DNA of 64,000 bases, taken from the NCBI GenBank assembly GCA_000997385.1, contig LCBT01000003.1, positions 892 to 64,891 of the forward strand, given 5' to 3'. Each line of letters starts with the position of its first letter. The stretch's first letter is position 1. The DNA is from Candidatus Daviesbacteria bacterium GW2011_GWA1_41_61 (GTDB lineage Bacteria > Patescibacteriota > Microgenomatia > Daviesbacterales > UBA10151). This document shows, piece by piece, positions 54,162-63,085 of the stretch. The position numbers were made by a program, and so were the translations under genes. The notes below the pieces were generated by a model. The model did no database searches. It was not told where the DNA came from and saw nothing but the letters and a program-made list of their open reading frames with translations.

Positions 54162-54995
54162 ATGAAAAATTCAAAAATCATTGATGGGAGGAAGTGGGCA
54201 AAGGTCCATGAGGAGAAGCTTGGGGAAAAGATCAAAAAGTTAAAGAGGGTACCTCGTGGAGAAAATATTTTGATAGGGAACGACCCTTCTTCTGTCCTTT
54301 ATACTAAGATTAAAGAGAATAAGGCTGGGGAATTAGGAATAGACTTTAAAACAACTAGGTTGCCAGCTGATGATAGTAGTTTTGAGAGTGTAGTCCGATA
54401 TATTATCCACCAGCTAAACAGGCCAAACGGTCCTGATGGAATTATGATTCAGCTTCCCATTCCGGAGGAATTCTTACAAGGAAGATCTGAAAAAGAGCTG
54501 TTGAAAGCTATTGATCCTCAAAAGGACATTGATGGATTAACAGGTAAAGGTCCTTTTCCCCCTGCTGCTGTGGGAGCTATTTTGTCCCTCTTAAAAGATG
54601 AAGGAATAGAGATAACTGGGAAAAAAGCAGTAGTGGTAGGGGCTTCTGATTTAGTGGGTAAGCCTGCAGCTTTAGAATTAGAAAAATTAGGTGCTGAGGT
54701 GGAGATCTGTGACAGTAAAACAGAAGACCTGAAAACCAAAACTCTAGCAGCTGATATTTTAGTTTCTGCTACAGGAGTGCCAGGACTTATTCAAGGGGAT
54801 ATGATAAAGGAAGGAGTGGTAGTGATAGATGTGGGGGCAGAAAAAGTTAAGGGTAAAATAGTAGGGGATGTGGAATTTGAATCTGTTTATCCTAAAGCCT
54901 CTAAAATTACTCCGGTCCCCGGGGGAGTAGGACCAATGACAGTAGTGACTTTAATGGAAAATCTGGTACAATTAACAAGAGGTAATAGTGAGTAA
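54162..54995 (+). CDS. folD: bifunctional methylene-THF dehydrogenase/methenyl-THF cyclohydrolase
   Basis: IIDGRKWAK..., NADP-binding VVGASDLVGKPAALEL and TPVPGGVGPMTVVTLMENLV. Confidence 0.9.
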   Translation: MKNSKIIDGRKWAKVHEEKLGEKIKKLKRVPRGENILIGNDPSSVLYTKIKENKAGELGIDFKTTRLPADDSSFESVVRYIIHQLNRPNGPDGIMIQLPIPEEFLQGRSEKELLKAIDPQKDIDGLTGKGPFPPAAVGAILSLLKDEGIEITGKKAVVVGASDLVGKPAALELEKLGAEVEICDSKTEDLKTKTLAADILVSATGVPGLIQGDMIKEGVVVIDVGAEKVKGKIVGDVEFESVYPKASKITPVPGGVGPMTVVTLMENLVQLTRGNSE

Positions 54996-55036
54996 GTTGT
55001 AGGTGGTACTTAGAAGACTAAAACCTAAAAACTAAG

Positions 55037-55315
55037 ATGGGAATGTTTGATAAATTAAAACAACTGGGTGATTTAAAAAAGATGAGGGACTCTGCTTTAG
55101 AGGTCCAAAAAAGGCTTAGTGGTATTAAGATTACTGTGGAACACAAAGGTGTGACAGTAGTGATGACTGCTGACCAAAAAGTAGTTTCCATCTCTGGGGA
55201 TAATGACCTGGACAAGGTAGCAGAAGCAGTTAATGAAGCTTTAAAACAATCCCAAAAAGTAGCTGCTGAAGAGATGAAAGGCCTGATGGGTGGCCTAGGC
55301 CTCCCCGGAATGTAA
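55037..55315 (+). CDS. ybaB: nucleoid-associated protein YbaB/EbfC
   Basis: MFDKLKQLGDLKKMRDSALEVQKRL...MKGLMGGLGLPGM, the characteristic YbaB termini. Confidence 0.8.
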   Translation: MGMFDKLKQLGDLKKMRDSALEVQKRLSGIKITVEHKGVTVVMTADQKVVSISGDNDLDKVAEAVNEALKQSQKVAAEEMKGLMGGLGLPGM

Positions 55316-55392
55316 GTTTTCTCCTATAAACCTAATAATTGTTAGGTTTACACTATAAACTTAGCCTGTAATTTGTTAAAATACTTTTTGTT

Positions 55393-55989
55393 ATGGCAAC
55401 GGTTCCCAAGGTGGTGAAAGATTTAATAGAGGCTTTTGAAAGATTGCCTGGTATAGGTCCTAAAACTGCCCAAAGGTTAACTTACCATTTACTTCATGCT
55501 CCTTTAGAAGAAGCTCAGGCTTTAGCTAAAGCTGCTTTAGATCTTAAAGAAAAAACAGTTATTTGCCAGGTTTGTTTTAATATCTCCGAAACTAGTCCTT
55601 GTGAGATAGATCAAGATCCCAGCAGGGATAGAACTACCATTGCTGTCGTAGAAGATCCCTTAGATGTGTTAGCCTTAGAAAAGGCTAACTTTAAAGGACT
55701 TTACCATGTGCTACATGGGGCCATCTCTCCTTTGGAAAGCATTGGCCCGGAAGAGTTAAGAATCCGGGAACTTTTACCTAGGTTAAAAGACGGTACTATC
55801 AAGGAGGTTATTTTAGCTACTAACCCTACTATGGAAGGGGAAGCTACTGCCATGTATATTGACAGGTTGATTTCTCCTTTGGGGATTAAAGTAACCAGGA
55901 TTGCTCGGGGTTTACCGGTAGGCGGGGACATCGAGTATGCTGATGAGACAACTTTAAGCAGGGCCTTAGAGGGGAGAAAAGAATATTAA
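55393..55989 (+). CDS. recR: recombination protein RecR
   Basis: Hh[26 protein letters not shown]4 zinc finger [16 protein letters not shown], Toprim and a C-terminal Walker-B-like region. Confidence 0.9.
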   Translation: MATVPKVVKDLIEAFERLPGIGPKTAQRLTYHLLHAPLEEAQALAKAALDLKEKTVICQVCFNISETSPCEIDQDPSRDRTTIAVVEDPLDVLALEKANFKGLYHVLHGAISPLESIGPEELRIRELLPRLKDGTIKEVILATNPTMEGEATAMYIDRLISPLGIKVTRIARGLPVGGDIEYADETTLSRALEGRKEY

Positions 55990-56082
55990 TTTTGGACAGA
56001 TTTGGACACATCATGTTCTATTTAAAACCACAATACTACCAAATCGTCCATCACATATCGTTAGTTTATGAGTAATTAGTTT

Positions 56083-57384
56083 ATGTTATTAACGTATAAA
56101 CTTAAAAATGGCTTAAATGTAGCTACTTATTCTATCCCAGAGATGAGGTCGGTTTTTTTATGGATGGCTGTTAAGGGAGGATCAATCTTTGATACTAAAG
56201 ATACGGCTGGAATTGCCCACTTTGGAGAACATCTGTTAGTTCAAGGTATTCCTACTTTACCAAATGTGGAGGATTTTTCTAATTTTTTAGAAAGTTTAGC
56301 TGCCAGCTACAGTGCTGCTACCAGCCCTCAATATATCCGTTTTAGCATTAATGCCCCAGCTGCTCATTTGTCAAAAATCACCAGGATTGCCAGTGAGGTT
56401 TTCTTCTCCCCCCTGTTTCCCCAAGATGCTATTGAAAGAGAGAGAAGGGTCATTGTAGAAGAGATTAAGGAAAAACAGGATACTTTAGAATATAAAATAT
56501 ACCAATTTTTTGCCCAAAACAGATTTACCGCTAACCATCCGATGCAACTTGAAACGGCTGGGGATGAGAAGGTAATCAAAAAATTAACCAGAGAAGATTT
56601 AGTAAAATGGTGGACAACCTATTTTTATCCTGAAAACACCTACCTGGTATTGGTGGGAGGTTTCAAAAATGATCAAGGCAGGCAGTTAATCGAAGAATTT
56701 TTTGCCAAGTATCCAGCCTTGGAGAAAAAGTTAGAATTTCCTAAGTTTACCAACCAGTATTTAAAAGATAGGTATGTGGCTATTAGAGAAGATAGGAAAC
56801 TTAAAACAACCTATTTGGATTTGACTTTTCCCTCTATTGATGAAAGTCAGCCTCTTGAGGAAAGGATCTGCCGGGCTTTAGTGAAAAATATTTTAGGAGG
56901 GTTGAGGGGAAGCAGACTTTACCGGCTACTTAGGCAAAGAAGAGGTTTAGTCTATAGCGTGGGAGCAGGTTCAATAGCTTATCAGCGTTTTGGCTATGCC
57001 TACATCTCCAGCCAAGTGGCTGCAGAAAAGTTAGAAGAAGTTATCAGGCTAATAGCTAAAGAACTAGCAGTTTTTTATAAAACTGGACCAACTCAGGAGG
57101 AACTGGATTTTGCCAAAAACCATCATACAAACAGGGCACTGATGCACTGGGATCACCCTTCAGCTATTGCTGATTGGATAGCCGGGGATTTGATGTGGGA
57201 AGATAAAATTTACATTCCGGAAGAATATGTAGATTTGGTGGAAAGAATAAATCTTAAAGATATTAGAGAATTTATAAAAAAATACTGGGATTTTAGTAAA
57301 CTGGGTTTAACCATTCAAGGACCAGTAGAGAACTCTAAGGAAAATAGAAAGAAGTTTGAAAATTTAGTGGCAGAGATTAAGTGA
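56083..57384 (+). CDS. M16-family (pitrilysin/insulinase-like) zinc peptidase
   Basis: Inverted zinc motif HxxEH in GIAHFGEHLLVQG, plus a downstream E in the RERRVIVEEI region. Confidence 0.75.
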   Translation: MLLTYKLKNGLNVATYSIPEMRSVFLWMAVKGGSIFDTKDTAGIAHFGEHLLVQGIPTLPNVEDFSNFLESLAASYSAATSPQYIRFSINAPAAHLSKITRIASEVFFSPLFPQDAIERERRVIVEEIKEKQDTLEYKIYQFFAQNRFTANHPMQLETAGDEKVIKKLTREDLVKWWTTYFYPENTYLVLVGGFKNDQGRQLIEEFFAKYPALEKKLEFPKFTNQYLKDRYVAIREDRKLKTTYLDLTFPSIDESQPLEERICRALVKNILGGLRGSRLYRLLRQRRGLVYSVGAGSIAYQRFGYAYISSQVAAEKLEEVIRLIAKELAVFYKTGPTQEELDFAKNHHTNRALMHWDHPSAIADWIAGDLMWEDKIYIPEEYVDLVERINLKDIREFIKKYWDFSKLGLTIQGPVENSKENRKKFENLVAEIK

Positions 57385-57431
57385 GAGGTTGCAACTGTCG
57401 CCTGTAAACTATAAACTGTTAATTAGTACTT

Positions 57432-57854
57432 ATGTCTGATGGAGCTAAAGGAAATGTCGGACAATTAATAGCTGATATTGGTGAGGCAGTGGTCAAACCT
57501 GTAGTTGATGAGGTGGGTAAAGCGATAGAGGAGGGAGGACAATCTATAGCTGGGACAGGCCAGTTTTCCTCAAACCCTTCTAGTCCCCAAGAGCAACAGA
57601 AGAAAAAATTAGAAGAACAAAAAAGAAAAGACTGGGCTTTAAAGGTGATAGAGTGGAACAGCCAGATTCAGGCTACCCAACAAAAGGTTAGGCAGGAAAA
57701 TCAGCAAAGGGAGGTTCAACAAACCCAGCAGGAGCAAGAAACTAAAAAGGTTAAGCAGTTTGAGTTAGTTCAAAAACAACAAAAACAACAAAATTTAAAT
57801 CAAGCTCAGCTTCAAGAAAGAAAAGCTGAAATCAAAAGAGGTGTAGGAGGTTAA
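57432..57854 (+). CDS. Gln/Lys-rich coiled-coil hypothetical protein
   Basis: Low-complexity QQ/KK-rich sequence. Coding status uncertain. Confidence 0.3.
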   Translation: MSDGAKGNVGQLIADIGEAVVKPVVDEVGKAIEEGGQSIAGTGQFSSNPSSPQEQQKKKLEEQKRKDWALKVIEWNSQIQATQQKVRQENQQREVQQTQQEQETKKVKQFELVQKQQKQQNLNQAQLQERKAEIKRGVGG

Positions 57855-58762
57855 AGCCAGTTTAACATAGCTTGGGCAATCTCTTTATTATGGATAAAAT
57901 CAGAAGGTAAGATTTCATCAATTGTTTTGTTAAGTAACCTCTGATATTTTAACCATTTCGGTTGTTCTGTTTTACCTTGTCTGATTGGTTTTTCTTCTTC
58001 TAAACCGAACTCAGTCAGCAACCGTCTTCTTTCTCTAAAGATAGCAATATTAAAAGGATCATCATTAGGGATGTTTAAAGTTCCATTTTGTGGAACCCTC
58101 ATTGGTATGCCTTTTTGGACAAAGCCCCATTCCAAAAAGCGATCAAATCCTCTATGATTACCTCCTAAAAATGGATGGATTATGGCTAAACCCCAAAAGT
58201 AAAATTTAGCAATAGCACTAGCGATCTCTTCAAGATTACAAGCTTGGACAATTTCTCCTTCAAAATAGGTACTTATACGAGACATAAATAGATCAATATT
58301 GATGACTGGAGGGATGTAAATCGGGCTTTCTGGATGGTGATAGTCACGAGTAGAAACAGGCAAGGCTCCTGTGAAGTAGCTTTTAGCTTCCGGTATATAC
58401 CAACCAATATTTTCATTAGGAGCAAATAGTCCGAGAACTCGATAATTACCTTTAGGATAGTAATAGAAGGGAACATATCGATCTACTCTTCCATCTAACT
58501 CTTGGGTTATTTTAGCCGCTAATAGATCTTTGTGACTAGGAATAGGTTCTAGTCCTGCATAGAAAGCAATATGACGTAAACTTCGGTATTCATGTTCAAC
58601 ATCGGTAGGAATTGCATACCAAGTACCTGCTCGATGCAAAATTTGAAGTACTCTTTCTGGGTGATCTCCTCGATGAGCGAACCCGGGGATCAGATGATTT
58701 CTGATATGTTCGGTAACTTTTAACTTTTTATCGTATGGAACAGGTAAAATTTCTTTGTTCAT
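57851..58762 (-). CDS. Fic/Doc (Fido)-family protein with degenerate active-site motif
   Basis: IIHPFLGGNHRGFDRFLE approximates the Fic motif HPFx(D/E)GNGRxxR, but carries G at the acidic position and H for the second G, and the final Arg is shifted by one. Confidence 0.4.
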   Translation of the reverse strand: MNKEILPVPYDKKLKVTEHIRNHLIPGFAHRGDHPERVLQILHRAGTWYAIPTDVEHEYRSLRHIAFYAGLEPIPSHKDLLAAKITQELDGRVDRYVPFYYYPKGNYRVLGLFAPNENIGWYIPEAKSYFTGALPVSTRDYHHPESPIYIPPVINIDLFMSRISTYFEGEIVQACNLEEIASAIAKFYFWGLAIIHPFLGGNHRGFDRFLEWGFVQKGIPMRVPQNGTLNIPNDDPFNIAIFRERRRLLTEFGLEEEKPIRQGKTEQPKWLKYQRLLNKTIDEILPSDFIHNKEIAQAMLNWL

Positions 58763-58856
58763 ACCCTATAATAATACATCTTTTTCTTACTGAAATCAAA
58801 CTATAAGATAATTAATGAGCACTTGATCTTAAGTTTGAATTAGGTATACTTCTAAT

Positions 58857-60209
58857 ATGACAGTAAGCTTAAAACTTTACAACACTTTAACCAGGCAAGT
58901 GGAAGAGTTTAAACCTCTAAATCCACCTCATGTGGGGATGTATACTTGTGGTCCAACTGTTCATGATTTTGCCCATATTGGGAACTTAAGGACTTTTATT
59001 TTTGAAGACCTTTTACAAAAGGTTTTGGAAGCTGAAGGTTATAAAGTGGTGAGAGTTATGAATTTAACAGATATTGAGGATAAGATTATCAAAAAAGCTA
59101 AGGAAAAAGGTGTATCTTTGGAGGAATTTACCACCCCCTATGAGTTGGCTTTTTTTGAAGATTTAAGAAAGTTAAATATTAAATATGCAGATATTTATCC
59201 TAAAGCTACAGAACATATAGGAGGGATGGTCAAATATATCGAAGTTTTGGTGAAAAAAGGTCTGGCTTATGTAGCAGAAGATGGCTCAGTTTATTTTGAT
59301 ATCTCTAAATTCCCTGAGTATGGTAAGCTTTCCCAGCTGGATAAAAGAGAAGTTAAAGCTGGAGCCAGGGTAAAAGCTGATGAATATTCTAAAGAAGATG
59401 TCCAGGATTTTGCTTTATGGAAATCAGTAGATCCAGGAGAGGTAGGTTATGATTCTCCCTGGGGAAGAGGCAGACCTGGTTGGCATATTGAGTGTTCTGT
59501 TATGAGCCAGCAGTATCTGGGAGAAACTTTTGATATCCATGGAGGAGCAGTAGATTTAATCTTCCCTCACCATGAGAATGAGATTGCTCAAAGCGAAGGT
59601 AAAACAGGTAAGCAGTTTTCCATGTTTTTTGTAGAGGGAGAGCATCTTTTAGTTAATGGCCAGAAGATGGCCAAATCTTTAAAGAACTACTTTACTTTAA
59701 GAGATATTGAAGCCAAAGGCTTTGAACCACTGGCTTTAAGATATTTAGCTTTAACAGCTCATTACAGGGATAAGTTAAATTTTACCTGGAAATCTTTACA
59801 GGCAGCCCAAAATGCTTTGAATAATTTACGGGAGGAAGTAAGAGATTGGGATCAATCTAAGATTGGTTGTGCAGAATATGAAAGAAGATTTTTTAATGCT
59901 GTCGATAATGATTTAAATGTTCCTCAGGCTTTGGCTATTTTATGGGAATTAGTAAAGTCCGATTACCCAACCTCTGCCAAGGCTGAAAGTTTATTAAAAT
60001 TTGATAAAATTTTGGGATTAAAATTGGATGAGTATTTGGGTAAACCTTTAGAAGTTCCAGAAGAAGTTCAAAAATTGGTTGATCAAAGGGAAAAGGTAAG
60101 GAAAAATAAAGACTTTCAAAAGTCAGATGAGCTAAGGGATGAGATTAAAAAGATGGGTTATGAAATGGAAGATACACCCACTGGCCCAAAGGTGAAGAAA
60201 GTGTTATAG
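58857..60209 (+). CDS. cysS: cysteinyl-tRNA synthetase
   Basis: MYTCGPTVHDFAHIGNLRT (the HIGH motif), zinc/cysteine-binding CGPT, WHIECS and KMAKS (the KMSKS motif). Confidence 0.9.
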   Translation: MTVSLKLYNTLTRQVEEFKPLNPPHVGMYTCGPTVHDFAHIGNLRTFIFEDLLQKVLEAEGYKVVRVMNLTDIEDKIIKKAKEKGVSLEEFTTPYELAFFEDLRKLNIKYADIYPKATEHIGGMVKYIEVLVKKGLAYVAEDGSVYFDISKFPEYGKLSQLDKREVKAGARVKADEYSKEDVQDFALWKSVDPGEVGYDSPWGRGRPGWHIECSVMSQQYLGETFDIHGGAVDLIFPHHENEIAQSEGKTGKQFSMFFVEGEHLLVNGQKMAKSLKNYFTLRDIEAKGFEPLALRYLALTAHYRDKLNFTWKSLQAAQNALNNLREEVRDWDQSKIGCAEYERRFFNAVDNDLNVPQALAILWELVKSDYPTSAKAESLLKFDKILGLKLDEYLGKPLEVPEEVQKLVDQREKVRKNKDFQKSDELRDEIKKMGYEMEDTPTGPKVKKVL

Positions 60210-60220
60210 TATCAGTGTAA

Positions 60221-60439
60221 ATGGCTGAGAGGCAATTAGGGTTTACTATTAATAATAAAAACGAGTTTGAATTGTGTGATCCTAGCTGGGGTTTACCTCC
60301 CAGACCATTAAAATGGCCCACAGCAGAAGAGCTATTGGAAGCTGCGAAAAATGAGCCAGACCCTCGAGAAGTATTAAGACAAAGACAGGGAAGGTATTTT
60401 TTCCTACGTCGTCCATTACCAAGGATAAAAGCTAGTTGA
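60221..60439 (+). CDS. small hypothetical ORF (72 aa)
   Basis: No motif recognised. Could be non-coding. Confidence 0.2.
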   Translation: MAERQLGFTINNKNEFELCDPSWGLPPRPLKWPTAEELLEAAKNEPDPREVLRQRQGRYFFLRRPLPRIKAS

Positions 60440-60470
60440 ACTTCGGATATTTTTCGGATAATATCTTCCT

Positions 60471-61673
60471 ATGACACCCTTAGCAGATAGAATGAGGCCT
60501 CAAAATCTTTCTCAAGTTGTAGGACAACAGCATCTTGTTAGTGAAGGTAAGATCTTACACAAGGTTGTCCAAAGTAGGCAGCCCTTTTCTTTAATTTTTT
60601 GGGGACCTCCGGGTGTTGGTAAAACTACTTTAGCCAGGGTCTTAGCTTCAGAGTTAGGGGCAGAGTTTCATGAATTCTCAGCAGTCACCACTGGAATTGT
60701 AGAGATTAAAAAGTTAATAGAAGAGATAAGACTTCAGGCAAAAGGAACATCCCCCATTCTCTTTATTGATGAGATCCATCGGTTTAGTAAAGCCCAGCAA
60801 GATGCCCTGCTTCCTCATGTAGAACGGGGTACAGTGATTTTTATGGGAGCTACTACCGAAAACCCCAGTTTTGAAGTGATCGGTCCACTTCTTTCCCGTA
60901 CTAGAGTTTTAACTTTACAAAGTTTGTCTAAAGAAGAGATGGAAGGATTAATTGATAGAGCCTTGAAAGATAAGGAGAGAGGTTTGGGCCAATTTAAAGT
61001 CAAACTTAAACCTGAAGCTTTGGATTTTTTGATAGAGGTTTCAGGTGGTGATGCCAGAATGGTTCTAAATACTTTGGAAATTGCCGTTAATTTAGCCTGC
61101 CACCCCGAGAGTGGAAGCACAAAAAATATGATGGTGATAAACAAAGTAGATATTGAGGAGGCGGTGCAGAAAAAAGCTTTATTTTATGATAAACATGGGG
61201 AGGAACATTACAACACCATTTCGGCTTTTATTAAATCCATGAGGGCTTCTAACATGACGGCTGCTTTATATTATTTGGCTCGGATGGTAGAAGCTGGAGA
61301 AGATCCCTTATTTATTGCCCGAAGGATGGTCATCTTTGCCTCGGAAGATATCGGTCAGGCCCAACCTACAGCTTTAGTGGTGGCCAATGAAGTGTTTAAG
61401 GCTTGTGAAGTGATAGGTTACCCAGAATGTCAGATTAATTTAGCTCATGGGGTGGTTTATTTATCATCAGCCAAAAAAGACAGATCTTCTTATGAGGCTT
61501 ACTTTAAAGCTTTAGAAGATGTTAAAAAGTATGGAAATTTACCTATCCCCCTGAATTTAAGAAATGCTTCTACAAAATTAATGAAAGATTTAGGTTATGG
61601 AAAAGGTTATGAAAAATACAGTAAAGAAGATTTACTGCCGGAAAAATTAAAGGGGAAAAAGTATTTTGGCTAA
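60471..61673 (+). CDS. rarA: replication-associated recombination protein RarA/MgsA (AAA+)
   Basis: MRPQNLSQVVGQQHL, Walker A FWGPPGVGKTTLARVLA, Walker B ILFIDEIHRF and a C-terminal MgsA_C helical domain (ALYYLARMVEAGEDPLFIARR). Confidence 0.85.
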   Translation: MTPLADRMRPQNLSQVVGQQHLVSEGKILHKVVQSRQPFSLIFWGPPGVGKTTLARVLASELGAEFHEFSAVTTGIVEIKKLIEEIRLQAKGTSPILFIDEIHRFSKAQQDALLPHVERGTVIFMGATTENPSFEVIGPLLSRTRVLTLQSLSKEEMEGLIDRALKDKERGLGQFKVKLKPEALDFLIEVSGGDARMVLNTLEIAVNLACHPESGSTKNMMVINKVDIEEAVQKKALFYDKHGEEHYNTISAFIKSMRASNMTAALYYLARMVEAGEDPLFIARRMVIFASEDIGQAQPTALVVANEVFKACEVIGYPECQINLAHGVVYLSSAKKDRSSYEAYFKALEDVKKYGNLPIPLNLRNASTKLMKDLGYGKGYEKYSKEDLLPEKLKGKKYFG

Positions 61674-61730
61674 AGAACTTGTTAACTTCAATATTGTTTT
61701 ATCTTATCTCTATTTGTTAAACTAGTAAAA

Positions 61731-62996
61731 ATGTACAAGATTTCTACTTTAAAAAATGGTTTAACTTTAATTACCATTGATTTGCCTCACCTTGATTCTG
61801 TGACCACTATGGTGGCAGTGGGCGCTGGATCCAGAAATGAAGACCGTAGGATCGGCGGGATAGCCCACTTTTTTGAACATATGTTTTTTAAAGGCTCCCG
61901 CAAATACCCCACAGCCTTAGAAATTTCTACTTTAGTGGATGGGATAGGAGCCATCAATAATGCCTTTACCTCCAAAGAGTTTACCGGTTATTGGATTAAA
62001 TCAGCCTCAGATCAGGTAGAACTGGCCACAGATATTATCTCCTCCGGGTTGTCCGAACCAATACTGGCTGAAGAGGAGATTACTAAAGAAAAGGGAGTGA
62101 TTGTGGAGGAAAGAAGAATGTATCAGGATAACCCCGCTCGGTGGGTTTATGACCTTTTCTTTGAGCTGGTTTTTGGTGATACCCCGATGGGTTGGAATAT
62201 TATTGGAGAAGAAAAAGTGATTCAATCTTTTGCCAGAAGGGACTTCCAGGATTTTATTAAAAGCTTTTATTCCCCCAAAAATATGGCCTTAGTTTTTGCC
62301 GGAAAGATTGGTGACCGCGGGGAAGAGCTGGCAGAGAAGTACTTTTCCAATTTGCCAGATTATCAAAATCAAAAACCTCAAACTTTTAAACCAACTGGAC
62401 AGCCAAAGGCTAAGGTGAATATTTCATATAAAAAAACCGATCAGGTTAACATTGTCTTGGGTGGTTTAAGTTATGACCGTTCTGATCCCAGAAGATATGC
62501 AGCCTACCTTTTGGCCTCTTTATTGGGGGAGAGTATGAGTTCCCGGCTGTTTACTGAAGTCAGAGAAAAAAGAGGTCTGGCTTACCATGTTTCCGCTGAT
62601 GTGGAGGACTATAGGGACAGCGGCATGTTGGCAATTTATGCCGGGTTGAAGTTAGAGAAGGCATTGGAGGGAATGAAAGTGATTTTAGAACAGTTAGAGA
62701 GATTGAAAGTTGAGTCAGTGACTGAGGAAGAGTTGAAAAAGGTCAAAGAGATGCAAAAAGGCAGGATGGCTATCAGATCTGAGTCAACTAACTACTTGGC
62801 TCAGTTTTATGGTTTGCAGTGGGTAATAGATAGAAAAATTGAGACATCTGATCAATATTTGGAGAAGTTAAACCGGGTGAGCGCTGAAGATCTGATGGTG
62901 GTAGCCAAAGATTTATTCCAGCTGCAGAAACTAAACTTACAAGTTATTGGTCCCTTAAGAAGCGCTGCTCCGCTGGAAAAAATCCTCAAAACTTAA
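61731..62996 (+). CDS. M16-family zinc peptidase (second copy)
   Basis: HxxEH motif in GIAHFFEHMFFKGS. Similar domain order to 56083-57384. Confidence 0.75.
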   Translation: MYKISTLKNGLTLITIDLPHLDSVTTMVAVGAGSRNEDRRIGGIAHFFEHMFFKGSRKYPTALEISTLVDGIGAINNAFTSKEFTGYWIKSASDQVELATDIISSGLSEPILAEEEITKEKGVIVEERRMYQDNPARWVYDLFFELVFGDTPMGWNIIGEEKVIQSFARRDFQDFIKSFYSPKNMALVFAGKIGDRGEELAEKYFSNLPDYQNQKPQTFKPTGQPKAKVNISYKKTDQVNIVLGGLSYDRSDPRRYAAYLLASLLGESMSSRLFTEVREKRGLAYHVSADVEDYRDSGMLAIYAGLKLEKALEGMKVILEQLERLKVESVTEEELKKVKEMQKGRMAIRSESTNYLAQFYGLQWVIDRKIETSDQYLEKLNRVSAEDLMVVAKDLFQLQKLNLQVIGPLRSAAPLEKILKT

Positions 62997-63085
62997 ATTT
63001 ACTATTGCTGGAAAAGTTTAGTTTTGTTAAAGTGATTTGTTATAGACTTTCCTTCGGAAATGAAAGCTTGGAGAGGATTTAAACT

